In this document: positions 18,370 through 28,672 of the stretch, piece after piece
Layout: every line of letters starts with the position of its first letter
How positions within the stretch are numbered: position 1 is the first letter of the stretch
Assembly (NCBI GenBank): GCA_041550235.1
Contig: JBFEPE010000002.1
Span: 909-64,908 of the forward strand
Length of the DNA stretch: 64,000 nt
DNA from: Minisyncoccia bacterium
Lineage (GTDB): Bacteria > Patescibacteriota > Minisyncoccia > UBA6257 > JAAZHW01
Direction of reading: 5' to 3'
The notes under the pieces: generated by a model
Told to the model about the DNA's origin: nothing
What the model saw: the letters and a program-made list of their open reading frames with translations, nothing else
The model's database searches: none
Position numbers and translations under genes: made by a program

Positions 18370-19353
18370 CTAAATCTTAGGGAGGATTGCTGATGATAAT
18401 CTAATGAATGCTTCTTGGCTTGTTGCCGATAGGAAATAATTATTATACCAGCCATAATAAAATTCTAATCCGGTTGAAAACCTCAAAAATCTTGTGCTAA
18501 TAGGACCGATGTCTAAACTTGAGAAAACTCCACTGGCGACACCCGGATCTTGTAGATAATGAGATGTGAGAATTTCAGGATTTTGAGAAATCATTCTTTC
18601 AAATTCAGTGCTGAAATTACTCTTAATATTTGAAATGGCAAAAACCGGAATGTCTGAAACATCTAATTCCAAAATATATCCAAGGCGATTTATTCCTTCG
18701 GCTCCGGGATTAAATATCATAAATGAAAATTGTTCTTTGAAGTTTGGAATTACTGAGCTATTAATTTCTGGGAAATTTGAAAAGATTGTTTCTAAAAATA
18801 ATTCTCCGCTCAAAAGAGATTCTCGCTCGCCAACATCAACCGTCAAGACAATTTCTTTTGCATTATTTGGCTCAAAGTTTTCTCTAAATCCCTGTGATAT
18901 TATTCTTTCTAAATCTACTATTCCACCTTTATATTTTACAAATATTTTTTCATTGAGTGGATTGACGAATAGGGATGTATGAGCTGGTGGAGGAGTTTCT
19001 GTTGGGGTTGGGATAACTTCTTCAGGAATGGATGGCTTTAATAAGAAATATACGGTCCCTCCTCCTAATATGAATATGAAAATAAGTCCAATAATAATTG
19101 GAAGCACTTTGCTTTTTTTTCTCCCTTCTTGTTGTGAGGGAATTGTTCCTTCTGTTTCAAAGAATGGCTGGGCTTTTTCTTGAGGCATTGGCTCCTCTTT
19201 TCTTCCTTCTATATCCTCTAACCTTTTTCCCAAAATTTTCCCAACATTTACTTGTCCGCCTGATTCTCTCATTTCCTCAACATCGCTTTTAAGAGTGCGA
19301 ATTCTGATGTTTGATGGAGGACGACTTATTTTATTTTCATTTTCTTCTGCCAT
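18370..19353 (-). CDS. hypothetical membrane-anchored protein with Pro/Thr-rich linker
   Basis: 327-aa ORF with TM VLPIIIGLIFIFILGGGTVYFLL, followed by PTPTETPPPAHT. Confidence 0.45.
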   Translation of the reverse strand: MAEENENKISRPPSNIRIRTLKSDVEEMRESGGQVNVGKILGKRLEDIEGRKEEPMPQEKAQPFFETEGTIPSQQEGRKKSKVLPIIIGLIFIFILGGGTVYFLLKPSIPEEVIPTPTETPPPAHTSLFVNPLNEKIFVKYKGGIVDLERIISQGFRENFEPNNAKEIVLTVDVGERESLLSGELFLETIFSNFPEINSSVIPNFKEQFSFMIFNPGAEGINRLGYILELDVSDIPVFAISNIKSNFSTEFERMISQNPEILTSHYLQDPGVASGVFSSLDIGPISTRFLRFSTGLEFYYGWYNNYFLSATSQEAFIRLSSAILPKI

Positions 19354-19562
19354 ATTATTATTATTTTTGATAGACTATTTCTTATATCCCCCCGCCCCTT
19401 CGGGGCGGGGGGATAAGTTGCCTCTAATCATCCCCTCGCCGACAAAGTCGGCGAGGGGGGGGGATAGATTCACAATATTATTCTATCATTATTATTGATT
19501 CAAAACAATTTTTTAAATAATGGAATTTGATATATAAATAAAAGTAAATAAAATAAAAGAAT

Positions 19563-20138
19563 ATGAAAAAAGAAAAGCAATTAAATATTAAAAGAGTTTT
19601 TGTATTTATAGATGCTTCTAATGTTTGGAGTATTGTTAAATCAATAAAGAGGTTTGTTGAATATAAAAATCTTGAAAATTATTTTAAGAAAAAATTTAAT
19701 GCAGAGAAAATTAAAATATTTTATTATGATGCCTATCCAAAAAATGGGACGAGGAAATATAATTTAGATGATAAGCACAAGTTTTTTACTTATCTCAAAA
19801 AAGGATTAGGTTTTATGGTGGTTAAAAAAGAATTAAAAAGAATCTCTGTTGTTAGTGGGGATAGCGAATCAATAATTGAAAAAGGGAATATGGATGTTGA
19901 AATAGTCATTGATGCTATTCACAATTTAAATAAATATGATATTGCGATTTTATTTAGTGGTGATTCTGACTTTTTAGCTTTGATTAATTATTTAAAAAGC
20001 AATCAAAAAAAAGTTTATATATATTCATCAAAAGATAATATCTCACAGGAATTAAAAACAGGGGGAGATGGTTATTTCGATTTGAAAAATATAAATGAAA
20101 TTTGGGGCAAGGAATTAAAGCATCGCAAGAACTTATAA
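19563..20138 (+). CDS. NYN-domain (LabA-like) protein, putative RNase
   Basis: VFVFIDASNVW .. NMDVEIVIDAIH .. ILFSGDSDFLALI are NYN/PIN-like acidic motifs. Confidence 0.65.
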   Translation: MKKEKQLNIKRVFVFIDASNVWSIVKSIKRFVEYKNLENYFKKKFNAEKIKIFYYDAYPKNGTRKYNLDDKHKFFTYLKKGLGFMVVKKELKRISVVSGDSESIIEKGNMDVEIVIDAIHNLNKYDIAILFSGDSDFLALINYLKSNQKKVYIYSSKDNISQELKTGGDGYFDLKNINEIWGKELKHRKNL

Positions 20139-20415
20139 TAAAAAAATCACCCTCAGTTAAGAGGATGACCCAACGATGTATGACCCTTTCGGTTTTCAAA
20201 ACCAAAAGACATATTTATTCTATCAAATATTTAATAAATGTCAAATTAAATCTAATGGCTTGTTTTGTTATTATTTAATTATAGAATTAAATCTATAATT
20301 AATTATATACTCAATCCATGAATTTATTATTAAGCAGTTTTTGGAAAATAAAAAAACCCGACTTTGTTATTACTTCTAACAAGGTCGGGCGACACTCTTT
20401 TTTTATGATATTTTA

Positions 20416-20766
20416 CTATATGGTGGTATACGGTTTCCCGTTATTCCATTTTATTTCAAATCCTAGAAGAGTGGCCGACAACAAGATGTCGCTTGGATTT
20501 ATTGCTTTCATCACAACATTTCTCATATTTATAAAGGTGGCAATAATCTTTGGATGATTGGGGCTTTTTTGGTTTGATGGCAAGTCTTCTTGCAAATCGA
20601 TTAATTTGTCCAAATATTCAATAATTATTTTTTTTAATAATTTAGGTATATCATTTCTGTTTGAGCATAATTTGTCAAAACTAGAGGATCGCCATATCTC
20701 AATATCAAAAAAATAACTACCACCAGTTTTCATTTTTGTTATTAATATTTTTCTCTTTGGAAGCAT
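20416..20766 (-). CDS. hypothetical 116-aa protein
   Basis: Strong RBS (AAGGAG, 7 nt upstream of ATG on the minus strand). Confidence 0.45.
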   Translation of the reverse strand: MLPKRKILITKMKTGGSYFFDIEIWRSSSFDKLCSNRNDIPKLLKKIIIEYLDKLIDLQEDLPSNQKSPNHPKIIATFINMRNVVMKAINPSDILLSATLLGFEIKWNNGKPYTTI

Positions 20767-20985
20767 TTTTTATTCTCCTTATTTTAAATTTTTTACAACA
20801 GGCGGCAAAACATCTAATATCAATTTGGCATATATAAATCTATTTGTCAATAGATTGATTTTTTTTGTTTTATAATGGGAAGGTAATGAAGAAGAGGGGG
20901 AAATCCCGCCTTTGGCGGGGAAAACACCCCGTCTCGCATGAGGCGAGCCACCCCTCTATAAGAGGGGAATTATAATACAATTAAT

Positions 20986-22014
20986 ATGGCAAAGACAAAA
21001 GAGAGTTCTTCAAAAGAAGAAGCACATCAAAAAGATATTGCTCTTGATGAGGCAATCAAAAATATTCAATCAAAATATGGCGAGGGCTCAATAATGAAAT
21101 TGGGCGAAGCCCCAAAAGTTGATGTTGAGGTCATACCAACCGGCTCATTATCATTAGACCTCGCATTAGGAGTAGGCGGCATTCCAAGAGGAAGAATAAT
21201 TGAGATATTTGGACCAGAATCAAGTGGGAAAACAACCCTTGCTCTACATATTATTGCATCAGCACAAAAAAAGGGAGGTAAGGCCGCCTTTATTGATGCT
21301 GAACATGCCCTTGACCCAGAATATGCCAAAAGAATCGGAGTAGAAATAAAGGAATTATTTATTTCTCAGCCGGACAACGGAGAGGAGGCGATGGCAATAA
21401 TGGAAAACTTAGTGAGGTCAGGTTCATTGGATGTGATAGTAGTTGATTCAGTGGCCGCTCTCACTCCAAGAGCAGAAATAGAGGGGGAGATGGGCGCTCA
21501 TCATGTTGGACTTCAAGCAAGATTAATGTCTCAAGCATTAAGAAAAATAACTGCATTGGCTCAAAAAACAAAGACGACAATTATTTTTATCAATCAAATA
21601 AGAATGAAGATTGGAGTAATGTTTGGAAATCCCGAAACAACATCGGGAGGAAGAGCATTGAGATTTTATTCGTCAGTGCGGTTAGATATTAGGAAGACGG
21701 CTCAAGTAAAGAAGGGTGAGGAGATAATTGGCTCTCGAACAAAAGTAAAGGTTGTGAAAAACAAAGTAGCCGCTCCATTCAAAGTTGCTGAGTTTGATTT
21801 ATATTACAATGAAGGCATATCAAGAGATGGTGAAATTTTAGGTCTTAGTGCAAAGTTGGAAATTATATCAAAGTCGGGTAATACTTATTCATTTGAGGGA
21901 GAGAAATTGGGAGTTGGAGCGGATAATGCGAGAAGATTTCTGAAGGAAAATCAAAAAGTTTCAAGAGAGATAGAGAAATTAATATTAAAGAAGGCAAAGG
22001 AATTGGCAAGGTAG
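20986..22014 (+). CDS. recA: recombinase RecA
   Basis: [52 protein letters not shown]. Confidence 0.95.
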   Translation: MAKTKESSSKEEAHQKDIALDEAIKNIQSKYGEGSIMKLGEAPKVDVEVIPTGSLSLDLALGVGGIPRGRIIEIFGPESSGKTTLALHIIASAQKKGGKAAFIDAEHALDPEYAKRIGVEIKELFISQPDNGEEAMAIMENLVRSGSLDVIVVDSVAALTPRAEIEGEMGAHHVGLQARLMSQALRKITALAQKTKTTIIFINQIRMKIGVMFGNPETTSGGRALRFYSSVRLDIRKTAQVKKGEEIIGSRTKVKVVKNKVAAPFKVAEFDLYYNEGISRDGEILGLSAKLEIISKSGNTYSFEGEKLGVGADNARRFLKENQKVSREIEKLILKKAKELAR

Positions 22015-22253
22015 TTTTGATAGATTTTTTTGGGAGGTGGGGATAATAGAATCACAATGATTAAAAATTTCTTTAAATATTATTAAAATCCCTCCCCGCC
22101 CCTTCGGGGCGGGGAGGGATTTGCTGTTTTTGTTCGCCTCAATATTAAAAATCAAAATATATGCCATTAAAAAATATTATTGAAACAACATAAATGCTTC
22201 CCCCCGCCGTAGGCGGAGGAAGATTCGCCTTACTTATCTTATAATCAAAAAAT

Positions 22254-22412
22254 ATGCTAATAAATAAAATAATTGAAAAAAATAAAAAGGAGATAATCTC
22301 CGGTATCTTTATTTTTTTGATTGTATCAATAAGTTTCGGCTTAGGATTTATTGTCGCCTCAAAGATGATAATAAAGACTCCAATTATCTTTCAGCAATGT
22401 AATAATCAATAA
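22254..22412 (+). CDS. small (52 aa) single-TM membrane protein, not in the ORF track
   Basis: Own translation: MLINKIIEKNKKEIISGIFIFLIVSISFGLGFIVASKMIIKTPIIFQQCNNQ*. Ends 9 nt before the tRNA-Thr. Confidence 0.3.
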   Translation: MLINKIIEKNKKEIISGIFIFLIVSISFGLGFIVASKMIIKTPIIFQQCNNQ

Positions 22413-22421
22413 TGATTGATG

Positions 22422-22494
22422 AGCCGAAGGCGAGAATTGAACTCGCGACCTCTGCTTTACGAAAGCATTGCTCTACCAACTGAGCTACTTCGGC
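22422..22494 (-). tRNA. tRNA-Thr(CGT)
   Basis: RC: GCCGAAG-TA-GCTC-AGTTGGTA-GAGC-A-ATGCT-TTCGTAA-AGCAG-AGGTC-GCGAG-TTCAATT-CTCGC-CTTCGGC-T. Confidence 0.85.
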
Positions 22495-22643
22495 GATTTT
22501 TTATGATTATATTTTTTTGTGGCATTGTTGCAAGATGCTTTTTTAAATCACTACATTATTCCCGCCCCGCAAGGCGGGGCGGGGGGCACCTCTTTTTTTC
22601 AAAATCTCAAAATTATTATAACCTATTATATAAATAATAAAAA

Positions 22644-22683
22644 AAGCGAGCGACTACACCCATTTTGGTAGTCGCTCTTTTTC
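22644..22683. terminator. bidirectional rho-independent terminator (A-run / GAGCGACTAC..GTAGTCGCTC / T-run)
   Basis: AAAAAAGCGAGCGACTACACCCATTTTGGTAGTCGCTCTTTTT. Confidence 0.6.
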
Positions 22684-22989
22684 CAAACTTGAATTCGCCA
22701 ATTTTGGTATTACGAATTGGTTTGGTTAATGTTGGCATCGTTGCGTTTAAACTGCAGGTTATTCTTCTTCATCTTATTATCCTCCATGGATAAAGGGTTT
22801 TTAAACCACTCATTATCTCTTCTTAAGAGACAAATGACCATATTCAGTATGCCCGCTAATAAGACACCTGAATCTTATGAATCCGCATGAAAAAGATTCT
22901 AAATTTATAATACCAAAAATAAATTTTGATAGCAAGAGTTTGTTTGTGGATAGGAACAACCCGCCTTATTTCTTATTTGATTAAAAATT

Positions 22990-22998
22990 TGATATAAT
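22990..22998 (+). promoter_or_regulatory. extended -10 element TGATATAAT upstream of the 571-aa gene
   Basis: TTTGATATAAT lies 78 nt upstream of the ATG. An AGAGGAG RBS lies at 23057-23063. Confidence 0.4.
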
Positions 22999-23075
22999 GA
23001 TTAAAAATAATTGAGCCAAATATAGGCCATCGTCAAAATTCACAATAATAAATCTCCAAGAGGAGAAAAATTAAG

Positions 23076-24791
23076 ATGAATAAATTAATAAAAGATTCTT
23101 TCGTCTTGTCTAATCTAAACAAAGTCAATTCGCCTGATTTGAAAAAAATTAGACAAAATTTATCTAAGGAAATATTAAGAAATAGAAAAAGAAATGGGCT
23201 TTTTTCTCAAAATGCCGGAGAAAATTTTGCCATCTTTACCGCCCTTTGCCAAGGCGACCGAGATTTTTTCAAAACAAAAGATTTAGCGAAGATATTGAAA
23301 TATCTCACATCTTTAGAGGTTGAAGAAGGTGGTCCTTACTTTACTTCCCTTGAAGAAAAAAAGATTGATTTGGGGATAAATTGCCAAATCGGATGTTTCT
23401 TAAATTCTTACGAAGTTAATCTTTCAAAAATAGATGAGTTGGTGGAAGATGCAATAGACTCAAATAATTATGATTCAGATTTTTACTCAAACCCCCACAT
23501 TGTTATTTATCTTATTTCAAATTTCTATAATGGCTCTAAAAAAGAAAAATTAAAGAAGCAGATTTTAAAAAGAATAAAGGGCAATATTGAGAGATTGAAT
23601 TTGTCATTGCTCTGTTTGTCATTGTTCAATTTGGGTTATAGAGATAAAAAATTTAAAAATATTTGTCTATTTGACGAAAACGAAGATTCTAAATCAGATT
23701 TTGAATCGTCTTTTTGTTTTTTGTTAAAAAATAGAATAAACAAAGAATATTCTGAAAATATAGAGGGTGAGAGATTAAAAAGAGAAAAAGAACAGAGCGA
23801 AAAAGAAGAAAAGAGAATGATGGATAAAATTTTAATTTTGGCAAAAAAAAGATTTTCTTCTTTGCCAAAGGAAATGAGGGAATTATCAATGAAGCAAATA
23901 AAGAGAACGATGAATGGTAATTTTGATAAACAAATGCCGTTGATTAGTTATTATTTTAAAAAAGCGATAGGCAAAAGAGGGGAGTCAATCTCTGAGGATT
24001 TTATAGCAGAGGTGGGATTGATAAATACTTTTTTCTGGACTGCCTTTATTATTTATGATGATTTTTGGGACGAAGATGAAGAAAGAAATCCTCAAATATT
24101 GCCAGTGGCGAATTTATTTGCAAGGGAGATGAATAATTTTTTTGCCAAGTTTTTTGATAACAATAAAAACGGCTTTGGCAATTTTTATTCATCATTATTT
24201 GATAAGTTGGATGCAGCCAATAATTGGGAAACGATTCATTGCCGGGCTGAAATAAGGGATGGAAAATTCATTATTCCCGATAAGTTGCCGGATTACAAAA
24301 ATTATGAGAAAAAATATGAGCCGGCGGCTGCTCATATATTGGGACCAGTATTGATAATGAAAAAAATTGGTTTTTCTGAGGACAGCAGGGAAATGAGATA
24401 TTTGATTGATTATTTTAGAAATTATTTAATAGCGATGCAGATGAATGATGATGCTCATGATTGGAAAGAGGACTTAAATCGCGGTCATTTAAGCACGGCG
24501 GTTGTTTTGTTAATTAAGGATTTTTTGAAAAAATATCCAGACAAAAAAGAGATTGATTTGAGGGATGATATTGAAAAACTTCAAGAAGTTTTTTGGTTTG
24601 AGACAATGCCGGTTATTTGCGAGAGGGCAATTAAGTATTGCGAAAAATCAAGAAGAGCGATGCTGAAAATGGATTTCATTGAGGATTATAAGCCATTAGA
24701 AAAATTTATTAATATCCCCGAGGGAGCGATGATAGAGGCTCAAGAAAAGCAATCAGAATCAAGCGAATTCATTAAGGAGTGGAGCAGTTAG
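23076..24791 (+). CDS. 571-aa protein with isoprenoid-synthase-like metal-binding motifs (DDFWD and NDDAHDWKE about 134 aa apart) after a ~300-aa N-terminal region of unknown fold
   Basis: IIYDDFWDEDEE (DDxxD) and MNDDAHDWKEDL (DDxxD / NDxxHxxxE) are spaced as in class I terpene synthases and trans-prenyltransferases. The family assignment is inference only. Confidence 0.4.
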   Translation: MNKLIKDSFVLSNLNKVNSPDLKKIRQNLSKEILRNRKRNGLFSQNAGENFAIFTALCQGDRDFFKTKDLAKILKYLTSLEVEEGGPYFTSLEEKKIDLGINCQIGCFLNSYEVNLSKIDELVEDAIDSNNYDSDFYSNPHIVIYLISNFYNGSKKEKLKKQILKRIKGNIERLNLSLLCLSLFNLGYRDKKFKNICLFDENEDSKSDFESSFCFLLKNRINKEYSENIEGERLKREKEQSEKEEKRMMDKILILAKKRFSSLPKEMRELSMKQIKRTMNGNFDKQMPLISYYFKKAIGKRGESISEDFIAEVGLINTFFWTAFIIYDDFWDEDEERNPQILPVANLFAREMNNFFAKFFDNNKNGFGNFYSSLFDKLDAANNWETIHCRAEIRDGKFIIPDKLPDYKNYEKKYEPAAAHILGPVLIMKKIGFSEDSREMRYLIDYFRNYLIAMQMNDDAHDWKEDLNRGHLSTAVVLLIKDFLKKYPDKKEIDLRDDIEKLQEVFWFETMPVICERAIKYCEKSRRAMLKMDFIEDYKPLEKFINIPEGAMIEAQEKQSESSEFIKEWSS

Positions 24792-24822
24792 ATTATTTAA
24801 AAATGATGTATAATATAGATAT

Positions 24823-27195
24823 ATGGATAAAAGTGTGGTAAAAAAATATATTGACTCTCAAAAAAATAAAGCAGTTGAAATGCTTGATTTTGATAATGAA
24901 AAAATAAAATACTCTGATTTAATTAAACAACACAGGGAAATAAAGAATTTTAAGGGAAATGAAGAAATTGTCCGAGCTTATTTATTGTCTAAACTTTCAA
25001 ATGAATTGGGATACAAATTGGAAAATATTGAGATAGAGAAAGAGTATAATCTTGGAAGACCAAAAACAAATAAGCCGAGAATTGACTTAATTGTTCGGGA
25101 TGATGAGGGAAACGCTTTTTTATATATTGAAGTGAAAGGTCCTAATGAATTTGAGAAAAATAAAGATGAAGTAATTGAAAAACAATTATTTGGTTTGGCA
25201 TCTCAAGAAAAAGGACAGGGTAAAAATATAAAATACCTTGTTCTTTATTCAATTGATGTGTTAGGTGAAAAAATAAAAGACAAAGTGGTAATTATTGATT
25301 ATGAAAAATATCCATCTTTTGACAAGTGGGAAGAAGAAAGGAATTTCACCGATGAGTTGCCAAAGAGATATGGCAATGCTCAAAAAGAGCCATATAAGAA
25401 AGGAGGAAAAAAGGATTTGAGAACTGATTTTGCAAATGAAGAATTAGAGGCAAAAAGAAAAAATCTTCATAATGTTTTGTGGGGTGGCGGAGGAACTGAT
25501 GACAATGATATATTTTCTTCATTAGTTAATATAATTTTGGCTAAGATTCAAGATGAAAGAGAAAGAAAAAACGGCGAAAAATATCAATTTCAAATTTTTT
25601 CTTTTCAAGATGGGGGTAGTTTTGAAAGTAATGAAGAAATTTTTGAAAGAATAAACAAACTTTACAGAAGGTCATTGAAGGAAATAATGTATATGACAGA
25701 CGAAAAAGAAATAAACGAAAGTTTTATAATTGACAAAAAGAAGTTTTCTTTGAATAAATTAAAATATACCATTCAAGAATTGGAGGAATATTCATTTATT
25801 GAGGGAAGAAGTAGTTTGGGCGGAAGGGATATTTTGGGCCAATTTTTTGAAGGTATTGTGAGGGACGGCTTTAAGCAAAATAAAGGTCAATTTTTTACTC
25901 ATTCCAATATTATTAAGTTTATTCTTTATACCCTTCAATTAGATAAATTAGCGATAGAAAAAATAAATAAAGATAAGGAAATTCCTTATTTGATTGATCC
26001 ATCGGCTGGAAGCGGGACATTTTTAATTGAATATATGAATTTCATCACTGAAAATATAAAAAGGAAATATAGGGATAAGTTGGATAATAATTTTAATATT
26101 AAAGAAAGGATAAATGATTGGATGCCTGATGGGAGGGAAAATAAATGGGCAAAGGATTTTATTTACGGAATAGAGCATAATTTTAATTTAGGAACTGCCT
26201 CAAAGGTAAATATGGTTTTGCACGGTGATGGCTCTACTAATATTTTTGTCAAAGATGGTTTATTGCCATTCAATTATTATAAAAAAGAAAATGGAATAAA
26301 TATTTTAAAGAATTCGAAGGATGATGAAAAATATTTTGATAAAAGCATTAATGGAAAATTTGACATTGTCATTACTAATCCGCCATTCTCAGTAGATTTA
26401 GACAAGGACACTAAAAAAACATTAAAAGATAGTTTTGTTTTTGGGGATAAGAAAAATTCGGAAAATCTTTTTGTGGAAAGGTGGTATCAATTATTAAAAG
26501 AAAATGGTCGGCTGGGAGTAGTTTTGCCCGAGAGTGTTTTTGATACCGCAGAAAACAAATATATCAGATTATTTTTGTATAAATACTTTAAAATAAAAGC
26601 AGTCGTTTCTCTGCCTCAGTTAGCATTTCAGCCATATACTTCAACTAAAACAAGCTTGCTTTTTGCCCAAAAGAAAACAAAGAAAGAAATTGAAAAATGG
26701 AATGAATTATGGGCAACTTACTCAAATGATTACAATCAATTAAAAACGAGAGCAGAAAAAGAAGTAGAGCATTTTATTAAGGGAAAAGAAATGGATAAAA
26801 AATGGGCCATCTATAAGGAGACAGAAAAAAAGAGAAAAGACAATATTTTAAGATTATTAATTAATAATATTGATGAGGATGATAAAAATTTATCTCTTCA
26901 AAAATTAGTTGAAAAATATCAAGATGAGATAATCGATTTGTTGAAAATAGAAAAAGAAACGGATGTTTTTGGTTTTGTTAATGCTTGGTGGGTGTTTGGC
27001 AATGTTTCAAAAGAATTGGATTATTCTATTTTTATGGCTGAAGTGGAAAATATTGGTTATAAGCGGACAACGAGGGGAGAAAAGACGACATCAAACGACT
27101 TATTTAGGGTGAATAAAGAAGGCGGGGTTATTATTGATGATGTAAAAAAAGAAACTGCCTTGGATTTTATAAGGTCTGATGTAATATGGGATTAG
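24823..27195 (+). CDS. Type IIB/IIG-like restriction-modification enzyme: N-terminal PD-(D/E)xK nuclease domain fused to gamma-class N6-adenine methyltransferase (BcgI-A-like)
   Basis: N-terminus RIDLIVRDDEGNAFLYIEVKG (D..EVK nuclease motif). MTase motif I LIDPSAGSGTFLIE and motif IV IVITNPPFS. No HsdR in the window. Confidence 0.65.
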   Translation: MDKSVVKKYIDSQKNKAVEMLDFDNEKIKYSDLIKQHREIKNFKGNEEIVRAYLLSKLSNELGYKLENIEIEKEYNLGRPKTNKPRIDLIVRDDEGNAFLYIEVKGPNEFEKNKDEVIEKQLFGLASQEKGQGKNIKYLVLYSIDVLGEKIKDKVVIIDYEKYPSFDKWEEERNFTDELPKRYGNAQKEPYKKGGKKDLRTDFANEELEAKRKNLHNVLWGGGGTDDNDIFSSLVNIILAKIQDERERKNGEKYQFQIFSFQDGGSFESNEEIFERINKLYRRSLKEIMYMTDEKEINESFIIDKKKFSLNKLKYTIQELEEYSFIEGRSSLGGRDILGQFFEGIVRDGFKQNKGQFFTHSNIIKFILYTLQLDKLAIEKINKDKEIPYLIDPSAGSGTFLIEYMNFITENIKRKYRDKLDNNFNIKERINDWMPDGRENKWAKDFIYGIEHNFNLGTASKVNMVLHGDGSTNIFVKDGLLPFNYYKKENGINILKNSKDDEKYFDKSINGKFDIVITNPPFSVDLDKDTKKTLKDSFVFGDKKNSENLFVERWYQLLKENGRLGVVLPESVFDTAENKYIRLFLYKYFKIKAVVSLPQLAFQPYTSTKTSLLFAQKKTKKEIEKWNELWATYSNDYNQLKTRAEKEVEHFIKGKEMDKKWAIYKETEKKRKDNILRLLINNIDEDDKNLSLQKLVEKYQDEIIDLLKIEKETDVFGFVNAWWVFGNVSKELDYSIFMAEVENIGYKRTTRGEKTTSNDLFRVNKEGGVIIDDVKKETALDFIRSDVIWD

Positions 27196-27198
27196 ATT

Positions 27199-28641
27199 AT
27201 GATAAAAAGTTTTATAATACAATTTAAGGATTTGGGTTTTGATAAATTTATCAGAAATAATTTTAGAACATTTAATCTAAAATTGAAGATAGATGATTTT
27301 TTTGTTTCTAATAGTGGATTAAAGTTTATTCGCATTAAAGATATTTTTAATATTATTTCAGGGCTTGCTTTTAAGAGTGATGATTATGAACTAGAGGGCA
27401 TTCCCTTAATTAGAATTGGAGATATTGGCGGTAATTTTAAAAACACAAAATATTTGCCCGAGGAATACGAAAAAATATACAAAGATTTTTTATTGAAGAA
27501 ATTTGATTTAATTGTTGGACTAACAGGGGATGGGGATTTTAAGATTGATTTAATAGATACGGATAATAAATACTTACTTAATCAAAGGGTAGGGGTATTG
27601 CGAGTTAAAAACAAAAGAGAGGATGTAAATATTTTATTTTACTATTATCTTTTGAGATGTCTTAATTTTATTGCGGTTCAATTTAATTATTTTTCTAATG
27701 GCAAAACACAATTAAATATAAGCCCCTTTGATTTATTAAATATAAAAATCCCTCTTATCTCTAAGCAAAAACAGGATGAGGTTGTAGAGAAGATAATCCC
27801 TATTGAAAACAACATCAAGAAATTAAAAAATAAGATAGAAAAACCACAAGACATAATTAATGAAGTTTTTGCCGAAGAATTTGGTTTTGATGTTTTTTTA
27901 TTGAATCAATTTGGGAAAGGAATGACCGCGGGGACACAAAATTTGCCCGATAAAAAATTAAGGATTTTTCAAAGAAATTTTTCTGAATTTTCAAGAAGCG
28001 ATATCTTAAGGTTTTCAACGAGATTTCATAATAATTCAACCAAAAATTTAATGAATTTTTTTAATACAATAGAATCTATAAAAGTAAAAGATGTTGTTGA
28101 TTATTGCGAAAAAGGAGTGCAACCAAAATACAATGAAAATGGGGAGATTCCGGTTATAAAAATAATAAATTTGAAGAATAATCATATTGATTTTTTAGAA
28201 ACTGAAAAAATATCAAGGCAATATTTTAATAAATTGGGTAATAAAAATAAATTAAAATTGAATGATATAATCATTTGTGCTACTGGGAAAATATCACTTG
28301 GAAAAATAGATATTTATGAAAACAAAGAAGATGCTATCACTTCATTAGATAATTATATTTTAAGATTAAGAAATATCTATAATCCATTGTTTTTTACCTA
28401 TTTTTTTAGGTCTATTATGGGCTACTTCCAAATAGAAAGAGACTTCACTGGAACTACAAATCAAATTCATCTTTATTGGGATCAAATTTCTAATTTTAGG
28501 GTCCCCAACATCCCATTATCTCATCAAAATAAAATAGTTGAGAATATAAAATCTCGATTAGATAAACAAGAAGAGATTGAAAAAGAAATAGAGATAGAAA
28601 GAAATAAAATAGACAAAATAATTGAGTTGGTTGTGAGATGA
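27199..28641 (+). CDS. restriction-modification specificity subunit with two target-recognition domains (HsdS/BcgI-B-like)
   Basis: Two TRD halves (LIRIGDIGGNF..LLNQRVGVLRV and VIKIINLKNNHIDF..), each followed by a conserved coiled-coil spacer. Starts 4 nt after the upstream gene. Confidence 0.75.
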   Translation: MIKSFIIQFKDLGFDKFIRNNFRTFNLKLKIDDFFVSNSGLKFIRIKDIFNIISGLAFKSDDYELEGIPLIRIGDIGGNFKNTKYLPEEYEKIYKDFLLKKFDLIVGLTGDGDFKIDLIDTDNKYLLNQRVGVLRVKNKREDVNILFYYYLLRCLNFIAVQFNYFSNGKTQLNISPFDLLNIKIPLISKQKQDEVVEKIIPIENNIKKLKNKIEKPQDIINEVFAEEFGFDVFLLNQFGKGMTAGTQNLPDKKLRIFQRNFSEFSRSDILRFSTRFHNNSTKNLMNFFNTIESIKVKDVVDYCEKGVQPKYNENGEIPVIKIINLKNNHIDFLETEKISRQYFNKLGNKNKLKLNDIIICATGKISLGKIDIYENKEDAITSLDNYILRLRNIYNPLFFTYFFRSIMGYFQIERDFTGTTNQIHLYWDQISNFRVPNIPLSHQNKIVENIKSRLDKQEEIEKEIEIERNKIDKIIELVVR

Positions 28642-28672
28642 TGTAATTAAAAAATATTAAGACAAATATATT

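Noticed and set aside
22416-22637. 73-aa plus-strand ORF
   Set aside because: Overlaps the tRNA-Thr(CGT) gene on the other strand and then runs through a GC hairpin.
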